64,000 nt of DNA from Candidatus Poribacteria bacterium (GTDB lineage Bacteria > Poribacteria > WGA-4E > WGA-3G), in contig OZ244048.1 in NCBI GenBank assembly GCA_965215265.1, forward strand, positions 3,424,001 to 3,488,000. The letters run 5' to 3'. How positions within the stretch are numbered: position 1 is the stretch's first letter; every line of letters begins with the position of its first letter. Made by a program: the position numbers and the translations under genes. This document shows positions 20,575 through 30,861 of this stretch, one piece after another. The notes under the pieces are model-generated. The model had not been told where the DNA came from. It worked only from the letters and a program-made list of their open reading frames with translations, and ran no database searches.

Positions 20575-21630
20575 TTATGACTTATCTTGATCCGGAACGT
20601 CTTCGGTTTCAGAAGGGAGTTCGCCGGCGCTAGCAGAAGGAGATAGGTTAAAACTTGCTCGAATTTTGGATTCGATTGCCTCGGCAACCTCCGGGTTATC
20701 CTCAAGGTAAGTTTTGACGTTATTTCTGCCCTGGCCAATCCGTTCTCCGTTATAGGCGAACCAGGAACCGCTTTTTTGGATGAATTCATTCTCAACAGCG
20801 ATGTCTAGTAGATTCCCTTCTTTAGAGATACCTTTGCCGAAGGTTACATCAAATTCAGCCTCTTTAAACGGCGGTGCGACCTTGTTTTTGACAACTTTGA
20901 CTCGGACGCGATTTCCGAGGATGTCGTTACCTGCTTTGATTTGCTGAGATCTAAGAATCTCTAAGCGAATAGAGGTATGGAATTTCAGCGCGAGCCCACC
21001 GGGTGTAGTGTTTGGGTTGCCGAACATCACGCCAATTTTTTGACGGATCTGGTTTGTAAAAATCACACAAGTTTGGGATTTATTTGTGATACCAGACAGT
21101 TTACGTAGTGCTTTAGACATCAAGCGTGGCAGCAATCCGACGTGTGCATCGCCCATTTCACCTTCAATTTCGGCTTGCGGTGTGAGTGCTGCGACAGAAT
21201 CAACAACGACTACGTCAATCGCGCCGCTGCGGATCAAGGTTTCCACAATCTCTAACGCCTGCTCTCCTGCATCCGGTTGGGCAATGAGCAGATTTTCCAT
21301 GTTCACCCCGATGTTACGGGCGTATGTGGTATCCAGGGCGTGTTCAACGTCAATAAATACGGCAGTTCCGCCCAATTTTTGTGCTTCCGCCACAATGTGG
21401 AGTGCCAAGGTCGTTTTGCCGGTGCCTTCGTGTCCGTAAATTTCAACGATTCTGCCGCGCGGCACTCCTCCGACACCAAGTGCCAAATCAAGAGCCAAGG
21501 AACCTGTCGGAATAGCGTTGACAGGGACTACCTCACTGTCTGTAAAACGCATAATTGAACCTTTGCCGAATTCACGTTCAATTTGCGAAATCGCCTGGTC
21601 AATCACTTTCTGTTTGTTTTCATCTAACAT
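20575..21630 (-). CDS. recA: Recombinase RecA (divergent)
   Basis: [53 protein letters not shown]. Confidence 0.96.
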   Translation of the reverse strand: MLDENKQKVIDQAISQIEREFGKGSIMRFTDSEVVPVNAIPTGSLALDLALGVGGVPRGRIVEIYGHEGTGKTTLALHIVAEAQKLGGTAVFIDVEHALDTTYARNIGVNMENLLIAQPDAGEQALEIVETLIRSGAIDVVVVDSVAALTPQAEIEGEMGDAHVGLLPRLMSKALRKLSGITNKSQTCVIFTNQIRQKIGVMFGNPNTTPGGLALKFHTSIRLEILRSQQIKAGNDILGNRVRVKVVKNKVAPPFKEAEFDVTFGKGISKEGNLLDIAVENEFIQKSGSWFAYNGERIGQGRNNVKTYLEDNPEVAEAIESKIRASFNLSPSASAGELPSETEDVPDQDKS

Positions 21631-21727
21631 ACTTCAGAATTTCTCCTTATCTCTGTTTTTATGACGGACTGTAGGGTAATCCAGGCTATATTTGCCTAGT
21701 AGAATGAAAACTATCGAGATGCAAGGT

Positions 21728-22330
21728 TCATCCTACTAACGAAGTATTCTGGAACTGAACAATTTTTAGGGGTGTATAGATTGCCCCTGTAGGATGCAAC
21801 CGGCTTTGCATGAACGTAATTTCATGCACTGTCATGGTAGCTTCATCAATTGTATCATATTTCTTAAAAAGATGCAGAAGCGGTTTTAGATTGACTCGGT
21901 TTCTGAGCCTCGCAAGCGTCAGATGCGGGTGAAATCTATTTTCGCTTGAGTATCCTAAGTAATTTAGTTGACGATTTATAGATGCTGCCAGCCGTGCCAC
22001 AGCTGTCGCACCTGATTTGATTCCCACCCATACAACTCGCGGATGGGACATATTGGGAAATGCACCGATGCCACCGAATTCTATCTGGAACGGAGCTTGC
22101 GTCGCTGTAGCTGCTTGCAGGGCAGTGCTCACCTCTCCAACGGCTTCAGTCTGGATATCCCCGAGGAACTTCAAAGTGAGGTGGAAATTTCCGGACTTTG
22201 TCCATGATGGCTTACCCCCGGCTATCTGCGGCTCCTCGTGTAGCTGCTGCTGTATAGCAAGCAGTAGGTTCTGAATTGCTCTCGGTATTTCAACGGCTAC
22301 AAAACAGCGAATTGGTGATTCTGACTTCAT
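21728..22330 (-). CDS. thpR: RNA 2',3'-cyclic phosphodiesterase (2H family)
   Basis: Two HxT motifs (FHLTLKFLG, FHPHLTLAR); position upstream of recA. Confidence 0.9.
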   Translation of the reverse strand: MKSESPIRCFVAVEIPRAIQNLLLAIQQQLHEEPQIAGGKPSWTKSGNFHLTLKFLGDIQTEAVGEVSTALQAATATQAPFQIEFGGIGAFPNMSHPRVVWVGIKSGATAVARLAASINRQLNYLGYSSENRFHPHLTLARLRNRVNLKPLLHLFKKYDTIDEATMTVHEITFMQSRLHPTGAIYTPLKIVQFQNTSLVG

Positions 22331-22947
22331 ACATCGGCTCCGGGATCATATCCGTTTGTTGATTGCATCAAATCGTATAAGAACTTGCGATTTCTAACAA
22401 TGAATTCTAAGCCTGAAACAACTGTGAACACCAGCGGGATGTACATCATAAAATAGATAGGCCCGCGTGCCTGAACGATGAAGGTGCTATCATCCCAGAA
22501 TGTCAGCAAAGCAAGGCTAATCAAAATAACAATCAGTTGGGATAGCATCTTGTATTTCCCGAATTTATTGGCTGATACTACCTGTCCGTACTTTGTTACA
22601 AAGATGACGCGCAGTCCTGTCACCACAAATTCACGTCCAATGATGGTTACAACCATCCATGCTGGAACTAAACCCCCTTCAACGTCTTTAAAACGGGTTA
22701 AACAGATTAACGCTGCCGCCACTAACAACTTATCGGCGAGCGGATCCATGAATTTTCCGAAGTCGGTTACGCCCTGTTTTCGTGCAATTTTGCCATCAAG
22801 ATGGTCGGTTACTGCAGCAAAACTAAAAACGATAAGTGCAGGAAGCATCTGATTTGCTCGAAAGCAGAGCATCAACGGTGGCACCAGTAACAGACGTAAA
22901 AGCGTTAAGAGATTTGCCAACCGTAAAAGCGTCCGGAAATTCACCAT
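22327..22947 (-). CDS. pgsA: CDP-diacylglycerol--glycerol-3-phosphate 3-phosphatidyltransferase
   Basis: TDHLDGKIARK..VTDFGKFMDPLADKLL, GREFVVTGLR. Confidence 0.9.
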   Translation of the reverse strand: MVNFRTLLRLANLLTLLRLLLVPPLMLCFRANQMLPALIVFSFAAVTDHLDGKIARKQGVTDFGKFMDPLADKLLVAAALICLTRFKDVEGGLVPAWMVVTIIGREFVVTGLRVIFVTKYGQVVSANKFGKYKMLSQLIVILISLALLTFWDDSTFIVQARGPIYFMMYIPLVFTVVSGLEFIVRNRKFLYDLMQSTNGYDPGADV

Positions 22948-22992
22948 ATTTTGCCGTGCACCGTTCTAAATTTATGTTTTAAAAGCCGTAAA

Positions 22993-23739
22993 TTATTCAT
23001 CAGAGAGATCTATTATTTCAGCATCTTTCGGCACGACAAACGTGAAGATCTCTGGGGTTAACTTCTTATCACGTTCAATCTTCTTGAGCGCGACAATTAC
23101 ACTTTGTGTGGTGCCATCGTCAAATTCGGTTTTGTAGCCAAATTGCACAGGCAGCCATTCGCCTGCTTTGACCCAGATTTCAACGGTTTCCTGAGTGATT
23201 GCAACAGTTGTTTGCGGTGTTGATGGACTGACTAAGTGCGCTTTGGGCGTTAACCGGATTTGATGGATGCCTTTCGGGTTTGCCACTTCATCGGGAACGA
23301 TTACCATGTCATAGTTTTTTGGCACATCCTCAAGTGATTCTCCAATGCCTGGCAATAATTCCTTGCGCACAGAGTTTTTCAACTTCATCTTATTGACTTG
23401 ATTGAGCAACGGTGTGTACGTCCATCCGTACTCACCGTCTAAAACGGTCAACTGGACGATTTTTGAGCTATCTTTTCGGTCAACATATTCCTTACGAAGG
23501 AGATTTGGTTTCCCAAACACTAACCGCCCGCGTGCAACGTTTTCCCTATTCGCGAACAACGTTGTCTCCTCAAATTCGGCACTGAAATTCTCAGATTTCG
23601 TATATGCTGCTTTGAAATTCTGAAAAATTTCTTCAACGGTATAGACATCAGATTCTTCGCTATCTGTGCTGGTAAGCAGTGCAGAAGTTAGTAAGACTGA
23701 AAAGAGCATTAACAGGATGCCCCAATAGATTTTTCTCAT
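22993..23739 (-). CDS. LolA-like outer-membrane lipoprotein carrier
   Basis: Signal peptide, FSAEFEE...GRLVFGKPNLLR, VLDGEYGWTYTP, C-terminal FTFVVPKDAEII. Confidence 0.75.
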   Translation of the reverse strand: MRKIYWGILLMLFSVLLTSALLTSTDSEESDVYTVEEIFQNFKAAYTKSENFSAEFEETTLFANRENVARGRLVFGKPNLLRKEYVDRKDSSKIVQLTVLDGEYGWTYTPLLNQVNKMKLKNSVRKELLPGIGESLEDVPKNYDMVIVPDEVANPKGIHQIRLTPKAHLVSPSTPQTTVAITQETVEIWVKAGEWLPVQFGYKTEFDDGTTQSVIVALKKIERDKKLTPEIFTFVVPKDAEIIDLSDE

Positions 23740-23897
23740 AGCCAGCCGGTCCCTATATAGTCAGAAACATTTACCCTGCATTCGTAAGCAGTGTGCTGTT
23801 AAAGTTGCAAGTGTCTGCTTAATTGATTCTAAAATAGTATAGCATGCTTTGTTTTCCGATGTCAATCTTAATTTTGGGTTTTTGCCAATATATTCGA

Positions 23898-24416
23898 TTA
23901 ACGTTCCGTCGCTACCGCTTTTTCGATGTCTGTTTTCGTGGCAGGCAGTCGGAGCCAGTCGGTAAGTGCAATTTCGAAACCAGCGGTTTCCTCTAACGCG
24001 CACGCGACGAGACGTTCTAAAGTTTCGGTGACGCGACTATCTCGAAAGATTGCCTGGAACCAGATAGCGAACGTTTTAATGGCATCGGCGGATGCAGCAA
24101 ACGTCCAAAAAACAACCCGACAAAAACCGTGCCCTTCCTCAATCCGCTGCTGTGAAATCCAAACGTGCTTAGGAAATCCCTGAAAAAGAGGCAGCAGTTC
24201 CGCAATTAAACTACAGAGTTCTGTATTCAGATACGGCATGTCAGGCTGTATATCCTCTAGGCTGTCGCTGGGCTCTGTACAACCGGCTGCATCCTCAAGG
24301 AGCTCAAAGTGGATTGCATATTTGTGTGCATGAAGCGGCGGTTCAGTGCCTTGAAGTAGTGCTTGTTCTTTTTTATTACGGAATAACAAATTTTCTTCCT
24401 CTGCTGACGTGGACAA
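23898..24416 (-). CDS. Hypothetical protein
   Basis: 172-aa ORF filling the gap divergent from metH; no recognised motif. Confidence 0.5.
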   Translation of the reverse strand: MSTSAEEENLLFRNKKEQALLQGTEPPLHAHKYAIHFELLEDAAGCTEPSDSLEDIQPDMPYLNTELCSLIAELLPLFQGFPKHVWISQQRIEEGHGFCRVVFWTFAASADAIKTFAIWFQAIFRDSRVTETLERLVACALEETAGFEIALTDWLRLPATKTDIEKAVATER

Positions 24417-24479
24417 AACTCACTTTATATGATATAGTATATACACAAATGCATCATAATATCAACAATACAGGGAACA

Positions 24480-27400
24480 ATGACACAAATTGAACGAATA
24501 ACATGTCTCAAAGATCAACTAAAGGAACGCATTTTGATTTTGGACGGTGCGATGGGCTCCATGCTGCAGAGCTATCGGCTTTCTGAGGAAGATTTTCGGG
24601 GTGAACGGTTTGCGAACCATCCGTCTGAGCTCAAAGGGTATAATGATTTGCTCTCTCTAACGCAACCGCAGGTTGTCCGTGAAATCCATGCCGCTTACTG
24701 TCAAGCAGGTGCAGACATTATTTCAACCAATACGTTCACCAGTACCGCGGTTTCAATGGTAGATTATCAACTTACTTCTTTACCCGTCGTTCCCTCGGAC
24801 GGTGTTTCTGGTGTCCTCCGTGCGAACGTTTCTTCTGACAAAAACCGAGATATGGCGTATCAAGTCAATTACGCCGCCGCGGTCCTTGCACGCGAGGTAG
24901 CGAACAAATGGACATCTCCTGAAAAACCACGCTTCGTTGCAGGTAGCATGGGGCCCACCAATCGCAGCTGCTCCATTTCACCGAATGTGAATGACCCAGG
25001 CTATCGTAATATCAGCTTCGCCCAACTCGTTGACGCTTACACAACACAGGCGGAGGGGTTAATTGATGGCGGTGCCGATCTACTATTAGTTGAAACGGCG
25101 ATGGATACGCTCAACTGTAAAGCGGCACTTTTCGCAGTTCAGATGCTTTCAGAAGTGCGTAGTATTGATATCCCGCTCATTGTTTCATCTGACAGAAGCG
25201 GTGGCGGTGGCCGAAATCTATCAGGTCAGACAGTAGAAGCGTTCTGGAATTCTGTTCGGCATGCTGACCTTCTCGCTGTTGGGTTAAACTGCGGATTCGG
25301 TGCAGAACAGATCTACCCTTATCTCGCCGACATTGCGAAAATTGCAGATATTCCTATTATCTGTTATCCGAATGCAGGACTTCCGAATGAGCTCGGGCAC
25401 TATACGCAGACACCCGTCGAAATGGGAAACTATATCCACGAATTCGCTCAAAACAATTTCCTTAACATCGTCGGCGGTTGTTGTGGCACGAAACCTGAAC
25501 ATATTGAAACCATAGCCAAGGTTGTTGCTGAATATCCACCCCGGCAACCTGTACCGCAGAAACGTGCTTGTAGATTGAGCGGTCTGGAGGCTTTCAACAT
25601 CACACCTGACTCTCTCTTTATTAACGTTGGTGAACGCACAAACGTAACAGGCTCCCGGCGATTTGCAACACTGATAAAAAAAGGAGACTACGAAGCAGCC
25701 TTGGAAGTCGCCCGGGCACAAGTCGAAAATGGCGCACAACTTATTGATATTAACATGGATGCAGGGTTGTTAGATGCCAAAACGGCGATGGTGACATTTC
25801 TTAACCTCATTGCGGCGGAGCCGGATATTAGCCGAATCCCTATCATGCTGGATTCAAGCCGATGGGAGGTTATAGAGGCAGGCCTCGCTTGTATTCAAGG
25901 GAAAGGCGTTGTCAATTCAATTAGTTTGAAAGAGGGGAAGTCAGATTTTTTAGCGAAAGCCCGGCAGGTACGCCGCTACGGTGCGGCTGTCATCGTCATG
26001 GCATTTGACGAAGAGGGACAGGCGGAAACCTATCAACGGAAGGTTGAGATCTGTCGTAGGGCGTATCAACTTCTAACGGAAGAGGCAGAGTTTCCGCCTG
26101 AAGACATCATCTTCGATCCGAATATATTCACTGTAGCAACTGGGATTGAAGCGCACAACGAATACGCACAAGCATTTATTGACGCGTGCCGGGAGATTAA
26201 AGCCACCTGTCCGTATGCGTTAGTTAGTGGCGGTGTGAGTAACATCTCTTTTGCTTTCCGAGGCAATGACACCGTGCGCGAAGCGATGCACGCCGCTTTC
26301 CTTTATCATGCCATCAGAGCAGGCATGGATATGGGAATTGTCAATGCCGGGCAGCTAGCAGTCTATGACGAACTTCCAAAGGCGCTCCTTAAGGCTGTTG
26401 AAGATGTCTTATTCAACCGGCGTTCGGATGCAACCGACAGACTTGTTAACCTTGCTGAGAAACTAAAAGGGACGAAGAAACGGCTGCATATCACGCAGGA
26501 GTGGCGACAACTCTCTATTGAAAAGCGGCTCCGGTACTCGCTCGTTGAAGGTATTCTTGAATTCATTGAGGCCGATACAGAAGAAGCACGGCAACACTAC
26601 CAATCCCCCATCCAGGTTATTGAGGGTCCTTTGATGGACGGCATGAATCAAGTAGGTGAGTTTTTCGGTGCGGGTAAGATGTTCCTCCCGCAAGTTGTCA
26701 AAAGTGCACGTGTCATGAAAAAAGCGGTTGCATACCTACAGCCGTATATTGAGAAAATGCAGCAAGCACAAGTGGATATGGTAACTCATAAGGAACAGCG
26801 TGCAAAGATTGTCATGGCGACTGTTAAAGGAGATGTCCATGATATTGGGAAAAATATCGTCGGTGTGGTACTAGAATGCAACAACTACGATGTAATTGAC
26901 CTAGGTGTGAAAGTACCGGCAGAAGAAATTCTGGAGACAGCGCGGAAAGAGAACGCTGACTTGATCGGGCTGAGCGGGCTGATTACGCCTTCATTAGATG
27001 AGATGGTGCATGTAGCATCCGAAATGGAACGTCAAGAGTTTAGCATCCCACTTCTTATTGGCGGTGCGACTACCTCAAAGGTGCATACTGCAGTTCAAAT
27101 TGAACCCGTGTACACGGGAACAACGGTTCATGTCAAGGACGCTTCACTGAGCGTTGGCGTTGTCAGTTCGCTGCTGAGCCGTGAAAAACAGTGTAAGTTT
27201 ACGAAGGAAACGCGGCGAGAATACGAATCAATTCGGGAACGTCGTTCTAAAAACAGAAAACAGTCGAATCTTTTACCGTTTTCCGTAGCGCAACAACGTA
27301 AATTCGTATCCGATTGGCAGAATTATCAACCGCCTATTCCAAAGATTACTGGCATTCAGGTCTTAGACGATTATCCGTTAGCAGAATTGGTTGACTATAT

Positions 27401-28229
27401 CGATTGGACTCCGTTCTTCACGACGTGGGGTATCCGTGCTAAGATGAAAAAAATGGGACCTGAAGCTCGCGAACTCTTTAACGATGCCCAAGAACTGCTC
27501 AGGTTCATCGTCAAGGAAAAGCGGGTTCGTGCCCGTGCCGTCGTCGGGCTCTTTCCGGCTAACAGCGTGGGCGAAGATACTGAAATTTACGTTGATGAAT
27601 CAAGGAGAGAGGTGCTTGCAACGCTGCATCACCTCCGGCAACAGACAGAACAACCGTTCGGCAGAGCGAACTTGAGTCTCGCGGATTTCATCGCGCCCAA
27701 GGCAACCGCTCTACAGGATTATATCGGTGCATTTGCGGTGACGACAGGCATCGGTGTTTCAGAACTCTGCGACGAATTTGAAAAAAAACAGGACGATTAC
27801 AATAGCATTATGACAAAAGCCCTAGCTGACCGGCTGGCGGAAGCATTCGCAGAGCGGATGCATCAGCGCGTTCGCACAACGATCTGGGGGTATGCAGAAG
27901 ATGAAACGTTGGATAACGATTCACTGATTGCGGAAGAATACCGGGGGATTCGTCCTGCCCCAGGCTATCCTGCTTGTCCTGAGCACACCCAAAAGCGCGT
28001 GTTGTTTAGTTTGTTGGACGTTGAGAAAAATATAGGCATCTCTCTCACTGAGAATCTCGCGATGGCCCCTGCAGCATCAGTCAGTGGTTGGTATTACGCA
28101 CATCCGGAAGCGCGGTATTTTAGCATCGCCCGGATCGGTGCAGACCAGCACGCAGACTATGCTGCAAGGACAGGAATGACACTTGAAACGGCGGAACGTT
28201 GGCTCAAACCGCTGCTAGATAAACGGTAA
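24480..28229 (+). CDS. metH: Cobalamin-dependent methionine synthase
   Basis: [32 protein letters not shown]12 motif, [10 protein letters not shown]. Confidence 0.97.
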   Translation: MTQIERITCLKDQLKERILILDGAMGSMLQSYRLSEEDFRGERFANHPSELKGYNDLLSLTQPQVVREIHAAYCQAGADIISTNTFTSTAVSMVDYQLTSLPVVPSDGVSGVLRANVSSDKNRDMAYQVNYAAAVLAREVANKWTSPEKPRFVAGSMGPTNRSCSISPNVNDPGYRNISFAQLVDAYTTQAEGLIDGGADLLLVETAMDTLNCKAALFAVQMLSEVRSIDIPLIVSSDRSGGGGRNLSGQTVEAFWNSVRHADLLAVGLNCGFGAEQIYPYLADIAKIADIPIICYPNAGLPNELGHYTQTPVEMGNYIHEFAQNNFLNIVGGCCGTKPEHIETIAKVVAEYPPRQPVPQKRACRLSGLEAFNITPDSLFINVGERTNVTGSRRFATLIKKGDYEAALEVARAQVENGAQLIDINMDAGLLDAKTAMVTFLNLIAAEPDISRIPIMLDSSRWEVIEAGLACIQGKGVVNSISLKEGKSDFLAKARQVRRYGAAVIVMAFDEEGQAETYQRKVEICRRAYQLLTEEAEFPPEDIIFDPNIFTVATGIEAHNEYAQAFIDACREIKATCPYALVSGGVSNISFAFRGNDTVREAMHAAFLYHAIRAGMDMGIVNAGQLAVYDELPKALLKAVEDVLFNRRSDATDRLVNLAEKLKGTKKRLHITQEWRQLSIEKRLRYSLVEGILEFIEADTEEARQHYQSPIQVIEGPLMDGMNQVGEFFGAGKMFLPQVVKSARVMKKAVAYLQPYIEKMQQAQVDMVTHKEQRAKIVMATVKGDVHDIGKNIVGVVLECNNYDVIDLGVKVPAEEILETARKENADLIGLSGLITPSLDEMVHVASEMERQEFSIPLLIGGATTSKVHTAVQIEPVYTGTTVHVKDASLSVGVVSSLLSREKQCKFTKETRREYESIRERRSKNRKQSNLLPFSVAQQRKFVSDWQNYQPPIPKITGIQVLDDYPLAELVDYIDWTPFFTTWGIRAKMKKMGPEARELFNDAQELLRFIVKEKRVRARAVVGLFPANSVGEDTEIYVDESRREVLATLHHLRQQTEQPFGRANLSLADFIAPKATALQDYIGAFAVTTGIGVSELCDEFEKKQDDYNSIMTKALADRLAEAFAERMHQRVRTTIWGYAEDETLDNDSLIAEEYRGIRPAPGYPACPEHTQKRVLFSLLDVEKNIGISLTENLAMAPAASVSGWYYAHPEARYFSIARIGADQHADYAARTGMTLETAERWLKPLLDKR

Positions 28230-28250
28230 ACTGTTTGAATAGGCAAAAAC

Positions 28251-29150
28251 ATGCAAACATCTCATAAATATTTGGATCCGGTGGCACTTTCTCGCATCGG
28301 TAGCATGGAACTGGTCGCCCGGCTCGTTGTGGAAGGGTTCATCACCGGTTTACACAAAAGTCCGTATCAAGGATTTAGCGTCGAGTTTGCAGAACATAGA
28401 CAGTATATGCCCGGCGATGAAATCCGCTATATTGATTGGAAAGTGTTCGGAAAATCTGACCGGTACTATGTCAAAAAATTTGAAGAAGAAACGAACCTCC
28501 GTGCGTATATCCTACTTGATACGAGTGCGTCAATGAATTTTAGTCAAGGAGATAGCGAACGAAAAACGTTGACGAAGTTTGAATACGGTTGTTATCTCGC
28601 AGCATCCTTAGCGTATCTTATGCTGAAACAACGTGATTCTGTCGGATTAGCAATTTTCAATACGGAGATTGCTGAGTATATCCCGCCACGAGGGACTGCG
28701 ACGCATCTCCGTGCCATCATGTCTGCCTTGGAGCATGCCCAACCGGGTAAGGAGACGAATCTGAGCAGCCTCTTCCATGAACTTGCGAAGCGGATTGTCA
28801 GGCGTGGATTAGTTATCGTGATTTCCGATCTTCTTGATGAACCGACCGCGGTCATCTCTGCTTTGAAACATCTCCGTCATCAAAAGCACGAGGTTATCGT
28901 TTTCCACCTGCTGGACCCTGCGGAACTGAACTTTCCGTACAAAGGCTCAGTTGTTTTTCGGGATATGGAGAGCGGGCAGACACTTTCAACGCAGGCAGAT
29001 ACGTTAAAGGCTGCCTATCTCATGCAACTCAATGAGTTTATCCAGAATTATCGCCGTGGATGTGGCGGGAGCCTAATTGATTATGTGCAGATGGATACAA
29101 CTACGCCGTTTGATTACGCGCTGTCGGCTTATCTATCACAGCGAAATTAG
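28251..29150 (+). CDS. DUF58 domain protein (MoxR/vWA associated)
   Basis: GLHKSPYQGFSVEFAEHRQYMPGDEIRYIDWK, LLDTSASM. Confidence 0.9.
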   Translation: MQTSHKYLDPVALSRIGSMELVARLVVEGFITGLHKSPYQGFSVEFAEHRQYMPGDEIRYIDWKVFGKSDRYYVKKFEEETNLRAYILLDTSASMNFSQGDSERKTLTKFEYGCYLAASLAYLMLKQRDSVGLAIFNTEIAEYIPPRGTATHLRAIMSALEHAQPGKETNLSSLFHELAKRIVRRGLVIVISDLLDEPTAVISALKHLRHQKHEVIVFHLLDPAELNFPYKGSVVFRDMESGQTLSTQADTLKAAYLMQLNEFIQNYRRGCGGSLIDYVQMDTTTPFDYALSAYLSQRN

Positions 29151-29164
29151 AAAACGAGGGACCT

Positions 29165-30331
29165 ATGAAAACCTATCGGATTGCAATTCTAGGCTGTAGA
29201 GGACGTGGCACAGCCGCTGCCCGTGCGTATCACGCACATCCACGTGTAGAGATTGTCGGACTCTGTGACCTGATTGAAGAACGGCGAGATATATTAGGTG
29301 CCGAAGTCAATGTCCCCGCACGGTTCGCGAATTTAGACGATATGATTCTACAGACGACTCCTGACATTGTCGCGATTCCTACCGGTACAGAATTTCATTA
29401 TGACTTGTGTCTGCGCGTTTTGGAACACGGCATCCACATTGAGGTAGAAAAACCGATGTGTGTGGATTTAGTTCAAGCAGATGCGGTTATTGCCAAAGCA
29501 GCCGAGAAAAATGTCAAGGTTGCCGTGCATCATCAAGGCAGGGTGGGTGCGTCGATGCAGGCGATCGCGCATGCCTTTAATGCTGGCAAAATCGGGGAAC
29601 TGCGATATATCTATGGAAGTGGGAAAGGCTACTACGGTGGATACGGCTTGATGAACATCGGTACGCACATGCTCAACAACATGTTGCATTTCGGGAAACG
29701 GTGCAGAAGTGTTGTGGCACAACTCATGACAGGTAGCCGGCCGATCGTGCCGGAAGATGTCGTTCCATCGCCAAGCGGCATGGGGACTATCGCTGGTGAA
29801 TATATCACAGCGACTTTGCAATATGAAGGTAATGTTACAGGGACCTTGCTTCAACACCGGTTTGATAAGATGGATACTGCAGCGTATTCCATGGAACTCT
29901 ACGGTACCGAAGGCAGACTATTTTGGAAGAGCGGGGGTGCATGGTGGTTACCCCATCCACACTATCTCCCTGATGGTACAAACGACCGATGGGAGGCATT
30001 AGAACTTATCTATCCTGAGCACTACGATGTCAAAAGCGGGGCAGCGGAGGCAGATTATTGGTTCGTAGAGGAATATGTCCGCGCATTGGATGAAAATAGG
30101 GAACATGAATGCAGTGGGACAGCGGGCCGCCACATTATTGAGATGATGATGGGTATCTTTGAATCTGCGGCGTATGGCAGGCGGGTCGAACTACCACAAA
30201 CAGACCGGCGGCACCCTTTGCTCCGGTGGCGCGAAGGAACCGGATTAGAATCGCCTGCGGAGATGCCGCGCGGTTATGGAGAATGGTTGGCGTTGGAATC
30301 CGAACGGATCGCCTCGCCAGTGTTAAGGTGA
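29165..30331 (+). CDS. Gfo/Idh/MocA family oxidoreductase
   Basis: IAILGCRGRG, EVEKPM, NIGTH. Confidence 0.85.
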   Translation: MKTYRIAILGCRGRGTAAARAYHAHPRVEIVGLCDLIEERRDILGAEVNVPARFANLDDMILQTTPDIVAIPTGTEFHYDLCLRVLEHGIHIEVEKPMCVDLVQADAVIAKAAEKNVKVAVHHQGRVGASMQAIAHAFNAGKIGELRYIYGSGKGYYGGYGLMNIGTHMLNNMLHFGKRCRSVVAQLMTGSRPIVPEDVVPSPSGMGTIAGEYITATLQYEGNVTGTLLQHRFDKMDTAAYSMELYGTEGRLFWKSGGAWWLPHPHYLPDGTNDRWEALELIYPEHYDVKSGAAEADYWFVEEYVRALDENREHECSGTAGRHIIEMMMGIFESAAYGRRVELPQTDRRHPLLRWREGTGLESPAEMPRGYGEWLALESERIASPVLR

Positions 30332-30636
30332 TGGACAAAGTCTTGCACAAGTCCCGTGTGCGTGTGAGGGAGAGGGAGTTGGTGCAGGTCTGTCAAACTT
30401 GCTTGAGTGCCTGAGTTCTCATGCGTCAAGTCTCCACTATTCAGGGACTCGCAACGGAGACATCCTTCGGTGTCGTAGACTTCAATCGCGTCCACTGAGA
30501 AGCCCACATTCCAGTTAATGTTCGCCACTGCATGCGCTCGACTCTTAAAGCAGAGCGTAAACACGGCGGAGTCTTCGACATCAATATCCAAGCAGACGGT
30601 ATCGGCATAGCCGCGCGCCGATACGATATCGCCCAT
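30274..30636 (-). pseudogene. C-terminal fragment of a Gfo/Idh/MocA oxidoreductase
   Basis: DVEDSAVFTLCF...IEVYDTEG...LVQDFVHHL resembles the family's C-terminal domain; no Rossmann part; begins at the direct-repeat boundary (30641). Confidence 0.55.
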
Positions 30637-30640
30637 CAGA

Positions 30641-30788
30641 TTTTGTCAAGGCAGTCTCCAGATTTCGTTTCTCAAGGCGGCCTCGGTGCTTCTCTGAAAG
30701 CAAAAAAAACCAGGGGCAGCCATGTGAGGGTGGCTGCCCCTGGTTTAGGTTAGGTTAGGTGAATTTACATCTCACTGAGTTTACTCTT
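30641..30788. repeat. ~150-bp direct repeat, copy 1
   Basis: Aligns with 32002-32154 (TTTTGTCAAGG...CTCAAGGCGGCCTCGGTGCTTCTCTGAAA...TTAGGTTAGGTTAG...CACTGAGTTTA). Confidence 0.9.
30702..30746 (-). terminator. Intrinsic terminator
   Basis: AAACCAGGGGCAGCCA/TGGCTGCCCCTGGTTT stem with T8 on the minus strand. Confidence 0.85.
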
Positions 30789-30861
30789 GTGCCTTAAGCG
30801 TCGCCCAGCGTTCTGTGAGTTTACCGTCCGCACTCAGATGCCCTTTCAAGCGGGTTGTCTG

